Assembly (NCBI GenBank): GCA_017456005.1
Contig: JAFTLJ010000072.1
Coordinates: 74,372-138,371, forward strand
Origin: Clostridia bacterium
GTDB lineage: Bacteria; Bacillota; Clostridia; Oscillospirales; CAG-272
Reading direction: 5' to 3'
DNA: 64,000 nt
Shown here: positions 1 through 8,256 of the stretch, piece after piece
Layout of the letters: each line of letters starts with the position of its first letter
Position numbering within the stretch: position 1 is the stretch's first letter
Position numbers and translations under genes: made by a program
The notes under the pieces: model-generated
Told to the model about the DNA's origin: nothing
The model's database searches: none
The model's input: the letters and a program-made list of their open reading frames with translations, nothing else

Positions 1-1
1 G

Positions 2-715
2 CATTTGCAAGACGGAAGAACGGCTTTTACAGTTCCGCTTGGAAAGCCTTTCCGCGAAACGTATAAAAATCTTGTGGAATATTGCTCTTTTACCTGGGAA
101 AAGTTGGTGTTTGCCATTGTTTCGGCAGATGAAAAGGACGAAATTTTAAACTTTTTTCCGCAAGCGGAGGTTTCCTATGAAAGGGATTATTCCGATTATG
201 TGTATATCGGTGAAAACCTTGCCACTTTAAAGGGTAAAAAATATTCGGGGCAGAGAAACCATATAAACAGATTTATGCACGAAAACGATATTTGGAATTT
301 CGAAGAGGTTTCTGCGGTAAATTTACCCGAAATAAAAGTTTTTTTTGAAGCTTATAACAGAGAAAACGAAAAAAACACTTTTATGGCGGTGACTGAAAGG
401 AATTGTGTGAGAGACGTGCTGGAAAATTTTGATGCATACGGTTTATACGGCGAGGCTCTGCGTGTGAACGGTAAAATAGTAGGCTTTTTCCTGTGCGAGG
501 CTGTATACGACACTCTTATTGTCCATATAGAAAAATGCGACAGAAATATAACCGGTGCATATCAGATGCTTGCAAAAGAGGAAGCGGCGAAATATTGCGT
601 CGGCTCTCTGAAATACGTCAACCGCGAGGATGACTCAGGTGACGAGGGCTTGCGCAGATCTAAGCTTTCCTACCACCCCGTATTTATAGCGGAAAAATAT
701 ACGGTTACTGTTTGA
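2..715 (+). CDS. DUF2156 (MprF/LysX C-terminal-like, GNAT-fold) domain protein; 5' end lies outside the window
   Basis: The frame is open to the window edge. Motifs KKYSGQRNHINRF, VHIEKCD and NREDDSGDEGLRRSKLSYHP are typical of DUF2156 proteins. Confidence 0.75.
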   Translation, partial: HLQDGRTAFTVPLGKPFRETYKNLVEYCSFTWEKLVFAIVSADEKDEILNFFPQAEVSYERDYSDYVYIGENLATLKGKKYSGQRNHINRFMHENDIWNFEEVSAVNLPEIKVFFEAYNRENEKNTFMAVTERNCVRDVLENFDAYGLYGEALRVNGKIVGFFLCEAVYDTLIVHIEKCDRNITGAYQMLAKEEAAKYCVGSLKYVNREDDSGDEGLRRSKLSYHPVFIAEKYTVTV

Positions 716-723
716 GGTGCGAT

Positions 724-1401
724 ATGACAAGAAAAACAGAAATCGTGGAATATAACACCGAATGGGAGAAAATATTCAAAGAAGAGGCAAAAGCCATAAA
801 GAAAATACTTGGCAAGAACTGTGTCGATATACAGCACATAGGGGATACGTCTTTTAAAGGCGCGAAAATTTGCCCTGATGAGGGTCGGATCGAAATCTGC
901 TTTATGGTAATTGTAAAAAATAAAAGCGAAGTTTTTGAAAATTCGGGCGCTCTTGAGCAAATAGGGTATTTTAATTGCAAAACATTCTACTATAAAGACG
1001 GCAAGGAAAAAATGGTACTCTACATATATGATAAAAATAATGATTCCGATGCAAAACGTATTCAAGAACACCTTTCTGTGAGAGATTATATGATAGCTCA
1101 TCCGGAAAAAGCTGTTGAATATGCGAAATATAAAGCGAATATTATGGATAAATTTGAAGATGTGCGCGATTACTGCGTCGAACGGGATAAATTTATAGAA
1201 GAATTAAAACCCGATATATATAAATGGAATAAAGAGCAAGCGAAAATAGGTATGGGGCTTTCCCTCGGAATGTGCTTCGGTATGTCCATAGGTACGGCAA
1301 TCGGTGCGGCTATGGGCAATGTTGCGCTCGGTATGACTATGGGTATGAGCATAGGTATGTGCCTCGGCATAGCATTCGGTTCTGCAAAAAACAAAAAGTG
1401 A
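724..1401 (+). CDS. GrpB-like (UPF0157) domain protein with a C-terminal glycine-zipper membrane segment
   Basis: The N-terminal ~170 aa resemble GrpB (EWEKIF...HIGDTSFKG..., degenerate). The C-terminus is GMGLSLGMCFGMSIGTAIGAAMGNVALGMTMGMSIGMCLGIAFG. ATG 724 has GAGG 6 nt upstream; the ORF-track start 712 is a TTG. Confidence 0.7.
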   Translation: MTRKTEIVEYNTEWEKIFKEEAKAIKKILGKNCVDIQHIGDTSFKGAKICPDEGRIEICFMVIVKNKSEVFENSGALEQIGYFNCKTFYYKDGKEKMVLYIYDKNNDSDAKRIQEHLSVRDYMIAHPEKAVEYAKYKANIMDKFEDVRDYCVERDKFIEELKPDIYKWNKEQAKIGMGLSLGMCFGMSIGTAIGAAMGNVALGMTMGMSIGMCLGIAFGSAKNKK

Positions 1402-1408
1402 GGCATAT

Positions 1409-2158
1409 ATGAGCAAAGAAGCGGAATTTCTTTATAATATAGCGGTTTCGCACGAGGTCTACCCCGAAGAGCTCGACGGCGAATCGCTCGCGATACTTGA
1501 TATGCTTGCGGAAATCCGCGAGCTTGGTTACCCATACGAGCATTTTGCCGATATAGAACTGCGCACAGTAAAAGACACGGAAATAATGAAAATACTTCTT
1601 AAATATTACCCTCAGGTGGAATCGCTTTTTACAAAAGAAACAATTTTACGTAAAATAGACCCGAAGAAGTTTCCTGCCGCCATAGAGCTTGCATATGATG
1701 AATATAAGGGGCTTTCTCCGCTTGAAAAGCATGGGATGTCCGGCTTACAGGAGGTTATTGCAAAGGGGAAGCCGAGCGAGGAATATTTGAATTTTCTTCT
1801 TTCGCTCGTCAATACGCCCGATAATTACTCTGCTGGTTTTCTTATAAGAGAAAGGCTTGTTAGAAGCGCACCCGAAAAGCTGCGCCCATATACTTTTGAA
1901 TTTTATAACGGCGTTTTGCTTATGGATACGCTGAAGGAATTTGCGCGCTATGGAGATGCCGAATCTGAAAATATACTGCGCCGCGCGAAGGATATTACCG
2001 AAGCGGAACTTATGGATATACATAAAAAACAAAAGTATGAAATGTGTGTCACGATGCATGAAAGATGCAGAGCATACTGCACCGCGGAAAATATAAGATA
2101 CGAAGCAAAAAGACTGCTCAGAAAGCTCGAAAAGAAAAAAGCGGAAAACACCCATTGA
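1409..2158 (+). CDS. hypothetical protein (helical, no recognised domain)
   Basis: 249-codon ORF with an ATG after GAGGC. It sits close behind the previous gene and ends inside a bidirectional terminator. Confidence 0.6.
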   Translation: MSKEAEFLYNIAVSHEVYPEELDGESLAILDMLAEIRELGYPYEHFADIELRTVKDTEIMKILLKYYPQVESLFTKETILRKIDPKKFPAAIELAYDEYKGLSPLEKHGMSGLQEVIAKGKPSEEYLNFLLSLVNTPDNYSAGFLIRERLVRSAPEKLRPYTFEFYNGVLLMDTLKEFARYGDAESENILRRAKDITEAELMDIHKKQKYEMCVTMHERCRAYCTAENIRYEAKRLLRKLEKKKAENTH

Positions 2159-2180
2159 CAAATTTGTCAATGGGTGTTTT
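2147..2180. terminator. bidirectional rho-independent terminator between convergent genes
   Basis: Perfect palindrome AACACCCATTGACAAA/TTTGTCAATGGGTGTT, flanked by A-run and T-run. Confidence 0.75.
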
Positions 2181-2192
2181 TGCGTAAAACTT

Positions 2193-2639
2193 TTAAACTT
2201 TAACTTTTACAACGACTTTGCGTACTTTTTCGGGTGCGCCAATCGCGATATTGGGGGCGTGAGCATCGCCGGGGAAAAGCACGGCAAATTTGCCTGGGCA
2301 AAGCGTTACTGTGTCTGTAGGGCCGCGGTAGAAGCGTATATCACCTTCGGGGCGGGGCAGAACTTCTTCTGTCATATCCTCGAGCGCGCCCACGTTCATA
2401 TGCTCCTTGCCCGAAAGCAGGCACTGAATGTCGATATATTTTATATGCGCTTCGGGAGTATCGTTCACGGGTTGTGTTTCGTAAGTCGTGAGGAAGAAGA
2501 ATAGGTCTTCGCCGTCTACATAGTAGCGTTTGTCTTCAAGCGCGGAAAAATCTGTGTCGCGCAGTATTTCCAGCCCTTTGTAAACGCCGGGGTGTATGCC
2601 CTTGTAGGCATCTATGTGAGCAATTGTATCAAAAATCAT
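2193..2639 (-). CDS. YhcH/YjgK/YiaL (DUF386) family protein
   Basis: N-terminus MIFDTIAHIDAYKGIHPGVYKGLE and the size fit the family. ATG 2639 has GAGGAA 7 nt upstream; the ORF-track start 2654 is a TTG. Confidence 0.8.
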   Translation of the reverse strand: MIFDTIAHIDAYKGIHPGVYKGLEILRDTDFSALEDKRYYVDGEDLFFFLTTYETQPVNDTPEAHIKYIDIQCLLSGKEHMNVGALEDMTEEVLPRPEGDIRFYRGPTDTVTLCPGKFAVLFPGDAHAPNIAIGAPEKVRKVVVKVKV

Positions 2640-2650
2640 GGGTTGTTTCC

Positions 2651-5548
2651 TCAAAGCTCAATAACTATCTCATTTACGCCGTTTTCCATCATCGGGAATA
2701 CGTTTCCGCAGGGTGTGCCGTTGAACGTGCATTTCGTGTTTTCCGTAACACGCGCAAAGCCTGCGTTCTTCTTAACTCTGATATTGTAAACCGCGCCTTT
2801 TGTTATTGTGAAGCTCATATCCTCTGTGCCTTCGGGAAGCATAGGGTCTATTTTTATGCCGTCTGCCGTATAGGAAATACCGAGCATTTCAAATATTGCG
2901 AGCGTAAGCCAGCTTGCTGTGCCGGAAAGCATAGGACCAACGTTTTCGCCCGTCATAGAGTTCGTGTACTGGGTGCAGAAACGCGGGTTGCCCTTCATAA
3001 CGAAAGGATTATTCATTGTCTTATAGGGAAGTACGTTTTCCATTATACCGAAAGCGAGGTGGAGAAGGTCTTTTGCGAGTTCTTCGTCTTTAACAACTTT
3101 TGCCTGCTTGAACGCCGCTACACACGCCATCATAGCTGCGTGCTTGAATACGCCGCCGTTTTCGCGGTCGCCGCGGAAGTAAAGGCCTGTTGCAGTGCCT
3201 GTAGCAACCTTTTCAAGGTCGCACTGTGTGCAGAGAATGGGACCGTATACGGTGGAAAGATTTTCGCGAACCGTGCCGAGCATGGTTTTGATCTCTTCTT
3301 CCGTGGCAACGTCGGAAAGAAGCGCCCAGGAGAAAGAGTTGAGGAAGTAGGATCCGTCTTTTGTTTTATCTGTGCCGAGCCCGTCGCCTTTGGCACCGAG
3401 GTAGGAATATTCACCGTGGTTGATAAGTGCGCGAGCAAAGAAATTTTCTTTCCAAGCAGAAATTTGGATTTTTTCTGTGAGGTCGGCAGCTCTTGCGGAA
3501 AGCTCTGCGGCATATTCATCTCTACCCGTCGCTTTTGCAAGATCTGTGAGGTTATCATATGCAATGCGGAGAAGGAATGCGTTCATAACGCTTTCGCAAT
3601 AGTCGCTTTCAAAACGTGTGCCATAAGGAGCGCCTGTTTCTTCAAGCTGTTTTGCATATGCTTTTTCTTTGGTTTCACCGTCTATCCAATCATTATCGAG
3701 CTTGAGAGCATCGTTCCAGTCTGCACGGTCGAGAAGAGGCAAACCGTGTTTGCCGACGGAGATTTTACCGCTGTATTCAACTGTTGCCATAAGTGTATCC
3801 CAAAGCTTGCGTGTTTCTTTTGTGCCTGCAACAGGGAATTCGCTATCGAGGAACCCGAAATCGCCTGTGAGGAATACATATCTGTAAACCGCCTGTGTGA
3901 GCCAAAGAGCATCGTCGGAGCAGAAGCCCGCTTCTTTGCCTGCAAAGAAGAAGTTATGGTTTGCATAGCCCATTTTATATACATTGCCTACCCATTTGGA
4001 AAGGAGAGAGCGTGCAAGCTCGCCCTTGCCCATAGCGGCCATATAATATACGGAAGCGTACACGTCCTGAATTTCGCGGAAGCCTATTTCACGGAAGCTC
4101 TTTTGTGTCCAGGCGAAGGAGCGAGAAACAAAAGACTGATAAAGTACCTGGAAGGGGAGGTTGTTGTTAACATAGGAATCGAAGAGCACATCGCCGGTAT
4201 TAACCTTAACATAAGAGGAATATGTTTTGTAGAATTCCTTCATATTATCGAAAGCTTCATCGAAAGCGGATTCGTTTGCGTATTTTTCTGCGAACAAGCC
4301 AAATTTTTCATCGAATACCGGTGTTATATCGCCTCTGCCTGCAACTATGCCAACATAGCAATCGAGTTTTTTCTGCTTTTTGGGTTCAAGTGTAATGGTT
4401 TTGCCGAGAGCGTAGAATGGAACAACTTTCTGCGTATGTGCGCTTGTGAGGTATGCGCCGTGTTCGGGGTGTTCGAGCGTTCCTCTGCCTATAAAGTTTA
4501 TGTAGTTTTCCGTATAATCGTCGAACGCCTCGCCGTCGCAGAACATTGTGGCAAAGCGGCGTGTTTTCTTAAGGTAGAAGGGGTTGGGAATTGGGCAAAC
4601 AGCCACAGGCTTGCCGTCTTTTTTTGCAACCGCGCCTTCCCAGGTGATGCTCGCGTAAAGAATATCGTTTGTCATGGATTCGGGCGAGCAGAGTGCAAAC
4701 ATACCTGTTGTAACGACCTTGAGCTTTCTTGCTTTGTTGCCGATATTTCGTATTTCTATGCGCTGTGCTTCGACTGCATCGGGCATACCTTCTTCAAAGG
4801 GAAGAATGAAAATGGTGCGTCGGATAATAAGCCCACATTTTGTCTGGTACGTAATAACCGTATGGTTCTGAGCGTGAACGCAGAAAGCGTCCTCTATATT
4901 TTCTTCGGCATTGGCAGAGTAGAAAATCTGCTTGCCGTCTTCAAAAATATAGAATTGGCGGTTGCAAGGCTCGCCGCTATCCTCGGGAATGAGGTCGAAG
5001 CGGGAAGCTGTAACGTTAGTGTTAGCAACAGAACGGAAAGCACCCCTGCCGAAAGAGTCAAGCGAAGCTTTTGGGGTTGTGAGAAGCGGTTCGTCTGCAT
5101 CTACACGGCAACCGAGAAGCAGGTTTATATCGTAGTGTGTACCTACACGGGGCATTTTGAGGTCTATAATATGCTCGCCGTTCTCGCCGAGGTCGCCTTT
5201 TGCGCAAATCATATCCTCAAAGGAAGAAACTATAAGGTCCTTTACATTTTCGGGAATATCGTATGAATTTTTTTCTGTGCGAAGAGTAATATCTTTTCCG
5301 AAAAGTTCAAAAAGAATGCTGTCATCGGGAATGCTGTCTACAAACGCGCAAAATTCGGGAAACGAGAAAAGTCGCAGGCAGATCGGCGCGGAATAAGGAA
5401 GCCCCAAAAAGGCAACTGCGCGTGTTCTGTCGGCAGAAAGGAACTCGGCGTCAAGTACGCCGTCTTTTGCGGAAAGCGAAAAGACGTTTGAGATTTTTTC
5501 TTTGGCGGTCAAATGCTTATCTCTGGATTTTTCGTAAGTAAAATTCAT
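2651..5548 (-). CDS. GH94-family glycoside phosphorylase (cellobiose/cellodextrin/chitobiose-phosphorylase type; substrate not assignable)
   Basis: 965 aa. The motif FRGDRENGGVFKHAAMM and the C-terminal half are typical of GH94. GAGGTG SD before the ATG. Confidence 0.85.
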   Translation of the reverse strand: MNFTYEKSRDKHLTAKEKISNVFSLSAKDGVLDAEFLSADRTRAVAFLGLPYSAPICLRLFSFPEFCAFVDSIPDDSILFELFGKDITLRTEKNSYDIPENVKDLIVSSFEDMICAKGDLGENGEHIIDLKMPRVGTHYDINLLLGCRVDADEPLLTTPKASLDSFGRGAFRSVANTNVTASRFDLIPEDSGEPCNRQFYIFEDGKQIFYSANAEENIEDAFCVHAQNHTVITYQTKCGLIIRRTIFILPFEEGMPDAVEAQRIEIRNIGNKARKLKVVTTGMFALCSPESMTNDILYASITWEGAVAKKDGKPVAVCPIPNPFYLKKTRRFATMFCDGEAFDDYTENYINFIGRGTLEHPEHGAYLTSAHTQKVVPFYALGKTITLEPKKQKKLDCYVGIVAGRGDITPVFDEKFGLFAEKYANESAFDEAFDNMKEFYKTYSSYVKVNTGDVLFDSYVNNNLPFQVLYQSFVSRSFAWTQKSFREIGFREIQDVYASVYYMAAMGKGELARSLLSKWVGNVYKMGYANHNFFFAGKEAGFCSDDALWLTQAVYRYVFLTGDFGFLDSEFPVAGTKETRKLWDTLMATVEYSGKISVGKHGLPLLDRADWNDALKLDNDWIDGETKEKAYAKQLEETGAPYGTRFESDYCESVMNAFLLRIAYDNLTDLAKATGRDEYAAELSARAADLTEKIQISAWKENFFARALINHGEYSYLGAKGDGLGTDKTKDGSYFLNSFSWALLSDVATEEEIKTMLGTVRENLSTVYGPILCTQCDLEKVATGTATGLYFRGDRENGGVFKHAAMMACVAAFKQAKVVKDEELAKDLLHLAFGIMENVLPYKTMNNPFVMKGNPRFCTQYTNSMTGENVGPMLSGTASWLTLAIFEMLGISYTADGIKIDPMLPEGTEDMSFTITKGAVYNIRVKKNAGFARVTENTKCTFNGTPCGNVFPMMENGVNEIVIEL

Positions 5549-5622
5549 TTTGCACCTCTTTATATGTTTTTTATAAATAATTACGTATATATTTAGGGGA
5601 AATTTGCCCTTTTATATAATAA

Positions 5623-5660
5623 TACCACAAAACAAAGAAAAAATCTACTGTTTTGTGGTA
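5623..5660 (-). terminator. stem-loop between the MFS and GH94 genes (possible intercistronic terminator or processing site)
   Basis: 12-bp stem TACCACAAAACA/TGTTTTGTGGTA with a 14-nt loop. The downstream sequence on the minus strand is only moderately U-rich. Confidence 0.4.
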
Positions 5661-5668
5661 CATAATGA

Positions 5669-6895
5669 TTATTTTTTGCTTTTTTGCAGGTAATGGTATA
5701 CGGGAATGGCACAAATAGGGAAAATTGCTGCTACAAGCATGCCGAGCTTCATACCGAGCTGCTCTTGCGAAAGTGAAATATTGAGTGCGAACTCATATAG
5801 CTTCGGGCTTGCCGCGACAGCATCTGTTATTATGCCTATAAGCTGTGGACCGATGGAAGCGCCGAGGTCGCCGCCCGCTGCCATCATAGCAAATATGAAC
5901 ACGCCGCCCTGTGGGAAGCGCTCGGATGCTACGATAAGGCTGCCGGGCCAAAGCATGGAAACACAGAAGCCTGTTAGCGCACAGGCTATAAGCCCTATTA
6001 CAGGCATATCGGAAAGCGCCGCTGTCACATAGCACACGGAAGCGCCCAAGGCACCGAGAAAGAGGACGTTTTCTATGTTTTTGCCTTTTTTTGCGTATAT
6101 TGTGCGCCCCATGCCGAGCATAAGGGAAAAGATTGCAACGCCGAATATATCGCCCCATACTTTTTCTATACCCAGCGCCCCTTCGAGGTAACCGGAAGCC
6201 CACTGCGCCATAGTGCATTCTGTAGCGCCGCCAAGAAAAATTGCGAGCACACAAAGCCAGACGCCTCTGTTACCAAGCAGGTGCAGAGCTCCGGTAGCTT
6301 TTTCCGGTGTTTCTATGGGAGGTATTTCGGTTCCAGCAAAGAGTATGGAGGAAAATATCGGAACGAGCATAAGTATAAATGCAAGGATCTGCCAATTTTG
6401 AGATTTGAAGAGAAGAAGAAAAATTGTGCTGAAAATTATTACAAACACAACACCCCAAGCATATATGGAGTGCAACTTGCTCATTTCTCTGTCGGGGTCC
6501 TTGGCAGGGATTTCCGCTATAACAGGGCTTATAAGCACCTCGGAAAGACTGCCCGAAACCGAGAATACCACAGTACCCACGGCGAGCCCGAGGTATATGT
6601 TTTGTGGAAAAATCACAGGGGCGAGAGCGTAAAGGAGAAGCCCTATAGAAGTGAGCAGAGGGGTAAATTTAACAGTTTTGGCAATATTGAATTTATGGGA
6701 GAAAAAAGAAAAGATAAGGTCTATTGTAAGCTGTGTTACAAAATTTATAAGCACGAGCAAGCCGAGGAGCGAATATGATATGCCGTATAGCGAACGAAAC
6801 GTAAGGAACAGCACGGGAGAAAGGTTTCCCACCACAGACATAGAAATGTTTGTGGTGTAGCAAGCAAGTTTAAGCCTTTTGTAGTTGTTTTTCAT
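5669..6895 (-). CDS. MFS transporter
   Basis: Highly hydrophobic multi-helix protein of MFS type. The start was moved to ATG 6895 (MKNNYKRLKLACY...). Confidence 0.85.
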   Translation of the reverse strand: MKNNYKRLKLACYTTNISMSVVGNLSPVLFLTFRSLYGISYSLLGLLVLINFVTQLTIDLIFSFFSHKFNIAKTVKFTPLLTSIGLLLYALAPVIFPQNIYLGLAVGTVVFSVSGSLSEVLISPVIAEIPAKDPDREMSKLHSIYAWGVVFVIIFSTIFLLLFKSQNWQILAFILMLVPIFSSILFAGTEIPPIETPEKATGALHLLGNRGVWLCVLAIFLGGATECTMAQWASGYLEGALGIEKVWGDIFGVAIFSLMLGMGRTIYAKKGKNIENVLFLGALGASVCYVTAALSDMPVIGLIACALTGFCVSMLWPGSLIVASERFPQGGVFIFAMMAAGGDLGASIGPQLIGIITDAVAASPKLYEFALNISLSQEQLGMKLGMLVAAIFPICAIPVYHYLQKSKK

Positions 6896-6995
6896 AAGAT
6901 AGTCCTTTTGTATAATGGATTTTTGGGTTATTTTAGCACGCCGGATTAAAAAAATCAACATTAAATTTAAATTTTTGTTAAAATTTTGATATTCA

Positions 6996-7024
6996 TTGAT
7001 TTTTTGATATATATATGGTAAAAT
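6996..7024 (+). promoter_or_regulatory. sigma-A-type promoter for the COG0523 operon
   Basis: TTGATT, 17-nt spacer, then TGgTAAAAT (extended -10). Confidence 0.5.
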
Positions 7025-7067
7025 AAAAAGAAAATACTGCGCTTAGGCGCAAAAAGGAATGATGAAA

Positions 7068-8252
7068 ATGACAAAAATAGATGTTTTTTCCGGCTTTTTG
7101 GGTGCGGGCAAAACCACACTTATAAAAAAACTTATTAAAGAAGCCTATACGGGCGAAAAAATCGTGCTTATCGAAAACGAATTCGGTAAAGTTGGCATAG
7201 ACGGCGGATTTTTGCAGGATGCCGGCATAGAGATTACGGAAATGAACTCCGGCTGCATTTGCTGTAGCTTGGTTGGCGATTTCGGCAAGGCTATGGCAGA
7301 GGTTATAGAAAAATTTCACCCCGACAGAATTATCATAGAGCCCTCCGGCGTAGGTAAGCTTTCCGATGTTCTCGCCGCTGTTGCAAAGGTAGAAAGTGAC
7401 GAAGTTAAGGTTTGCGGTGCGGCAACCGTGGCAGATGCGGCAAAATGCAAAATGTATATGAAGAACTTCGGTGAATTTTACGATAATCAGATAGAAAATG
7501 CAAACGCTATCATACTCAGCCGTACGGCCGGTATGAAAGCAGAAAAAATAGACGAGGTTGTGGCTATGCTCCGCGAAAAGAATGCAGACGCTATTATAGT
7601 TACTACACCTTGGGATATGCTGGATGGCAAAAAGATACTCGAGGTTATCGACGGTTCAAGAAAACCTCTTGAGTTCCACGATGACGAGGAAGAGCACGAG
7701 CATCACCATCACCACCATGACCACGACGAATGTGATGACCCCGAGTGCGAATGCCACCACCATCACCACGATGACGAAGAAGGGCACGAGCATCACCATC
7801 ATCACCACCATGACCACGACGAATGTGATGACCCCGAATGCGAATGCCACCACCATCACCACGATGACGAGGAAGAGCACGAGCATCACCATCACCATCA
7901 TCACCACGACCACGACGAATGTGATGACCCCGAATGCGAATGCCACCACCATCATCACCACGCCGATGAAGTATTTGAAAGCGTTGGCGCGGAAACAACA
8001 AAGAAATTCACTATTGACGAAATAAAAGAAAAGCTCGAAGCGCTCAATGATGAAGAAAAATACGGCAAGATTTTGCGCGCAAAGGGTATAGTTGCTTGCG
8101 AATGCGGCAAATTTATCTATTTTGACTTCGTTCCCGGCGAGGCAGACGTTCGCGCAGGCGAACCTGATGTTATAGGTAAGCTTTGCGTTATAGGCTCCAA
8201 AATAAACCGCGATGCGGTATCCGAACTTTTCGGCGTAAAATTGAAAGCGTGA
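7068..8252 (+). CDS. COG0523 (CobW/YjiA/ZigA-type) metallochaperone GTPase with a triplicated His/Cys-rich insert
   Basis: Walker A GFLGAGKTTL, an N-terminal CxCC-type motif (GCICCS), a C-terminal CobW_C-like domain and a His-rich linker. Candidate ATGs at 7059, 7062 and 7068; 7068 has the best spacing to AAGGAA. Confidence 0.9.
   Translation: MTKIDVFSGFLGAGKTTLIKKLIKEAYTGEKIVLIENEFGKVGIDGGFLQDAGIEITEMNSGCICCSLVGDFGKAMAEVIEKFHPDRIIIEPSGVGKLSDVLAAVAKVESDEVKVCGAATVADAAKCKMYMKNFGEFYDNQIENANAIILSRTAGMKAEKIDEVVAMLREKNADAIIVTTPWDMLDGKKILEVIDGSRKPLEFHDDEEEHEHHHHHHDHDECDDPECECHHHHHDDEEGHEHHHHHHHDHDECDDPECECHHHHHDDEEEHEHHHHHHHHDHDECDDPECECHHHHHHADEVFESVGAETTKKFTIDEIKEKLEALNDEEKYGKILRAKGIVACECGKFIYFDFVPGEADVRAGEPDVIGKLCVIGSKINRDAVSELFGVKLKA
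7677..7962 (+). repeat. in-frame tandem repeat (units of 90, 93 and about 102 nt) encoding HDDEE(E/G)HEHHHHHH(H)DHDECDDPECECHHHH
   Basis: Units start with CACGATGAC at 7677, 7767 and 7860. The copies are near-identical at the nucleotide level. Confidence 0.95.
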
Positions 8253-8256
8253 GAAT

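Noticed and set aside
2624-5266. An 880-aa plus-strand ORF, the longest non-annotated ORF in the window.
   Set aside because: It is exactly codon-aligned antisense to the GH94 gene. Its translation is Cys/Phe/Val/Ala-rich low-complexity sequence with no motif, and it has no SD or promoter. It is explained by sense-strand avoidance of TTA, CTA and TCA codons.
6962-7058. A search for a Zur/Fur-type box upstream of the COG0523 operon. Candidates were the AAATTTAAATTT palindrome, the TTTTGATAT direct repeats and the TGCGC-TTAG-GCGCA hairpin.
   Set aside because: None resembles the 7-1-7 box at 20146-20166. The AT-only palindrome and repeats are expected in AT-rich promoter DNA. The absence is reported rather than a site.
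7624-8025. Three alternative-frame ORFs (7624-8025 plus strand, 7645-8001 and 7656-7961 minus strand) with repetitive T/M/I-, R/G/D/H- or V/M-rich products.
   Set aside because: They are frame and strand echoes of the His/Cys tandem repeat inside the COG0523 gene. The frame with a Walker A motif upstream and a CobW_C domain downstream is the real one.
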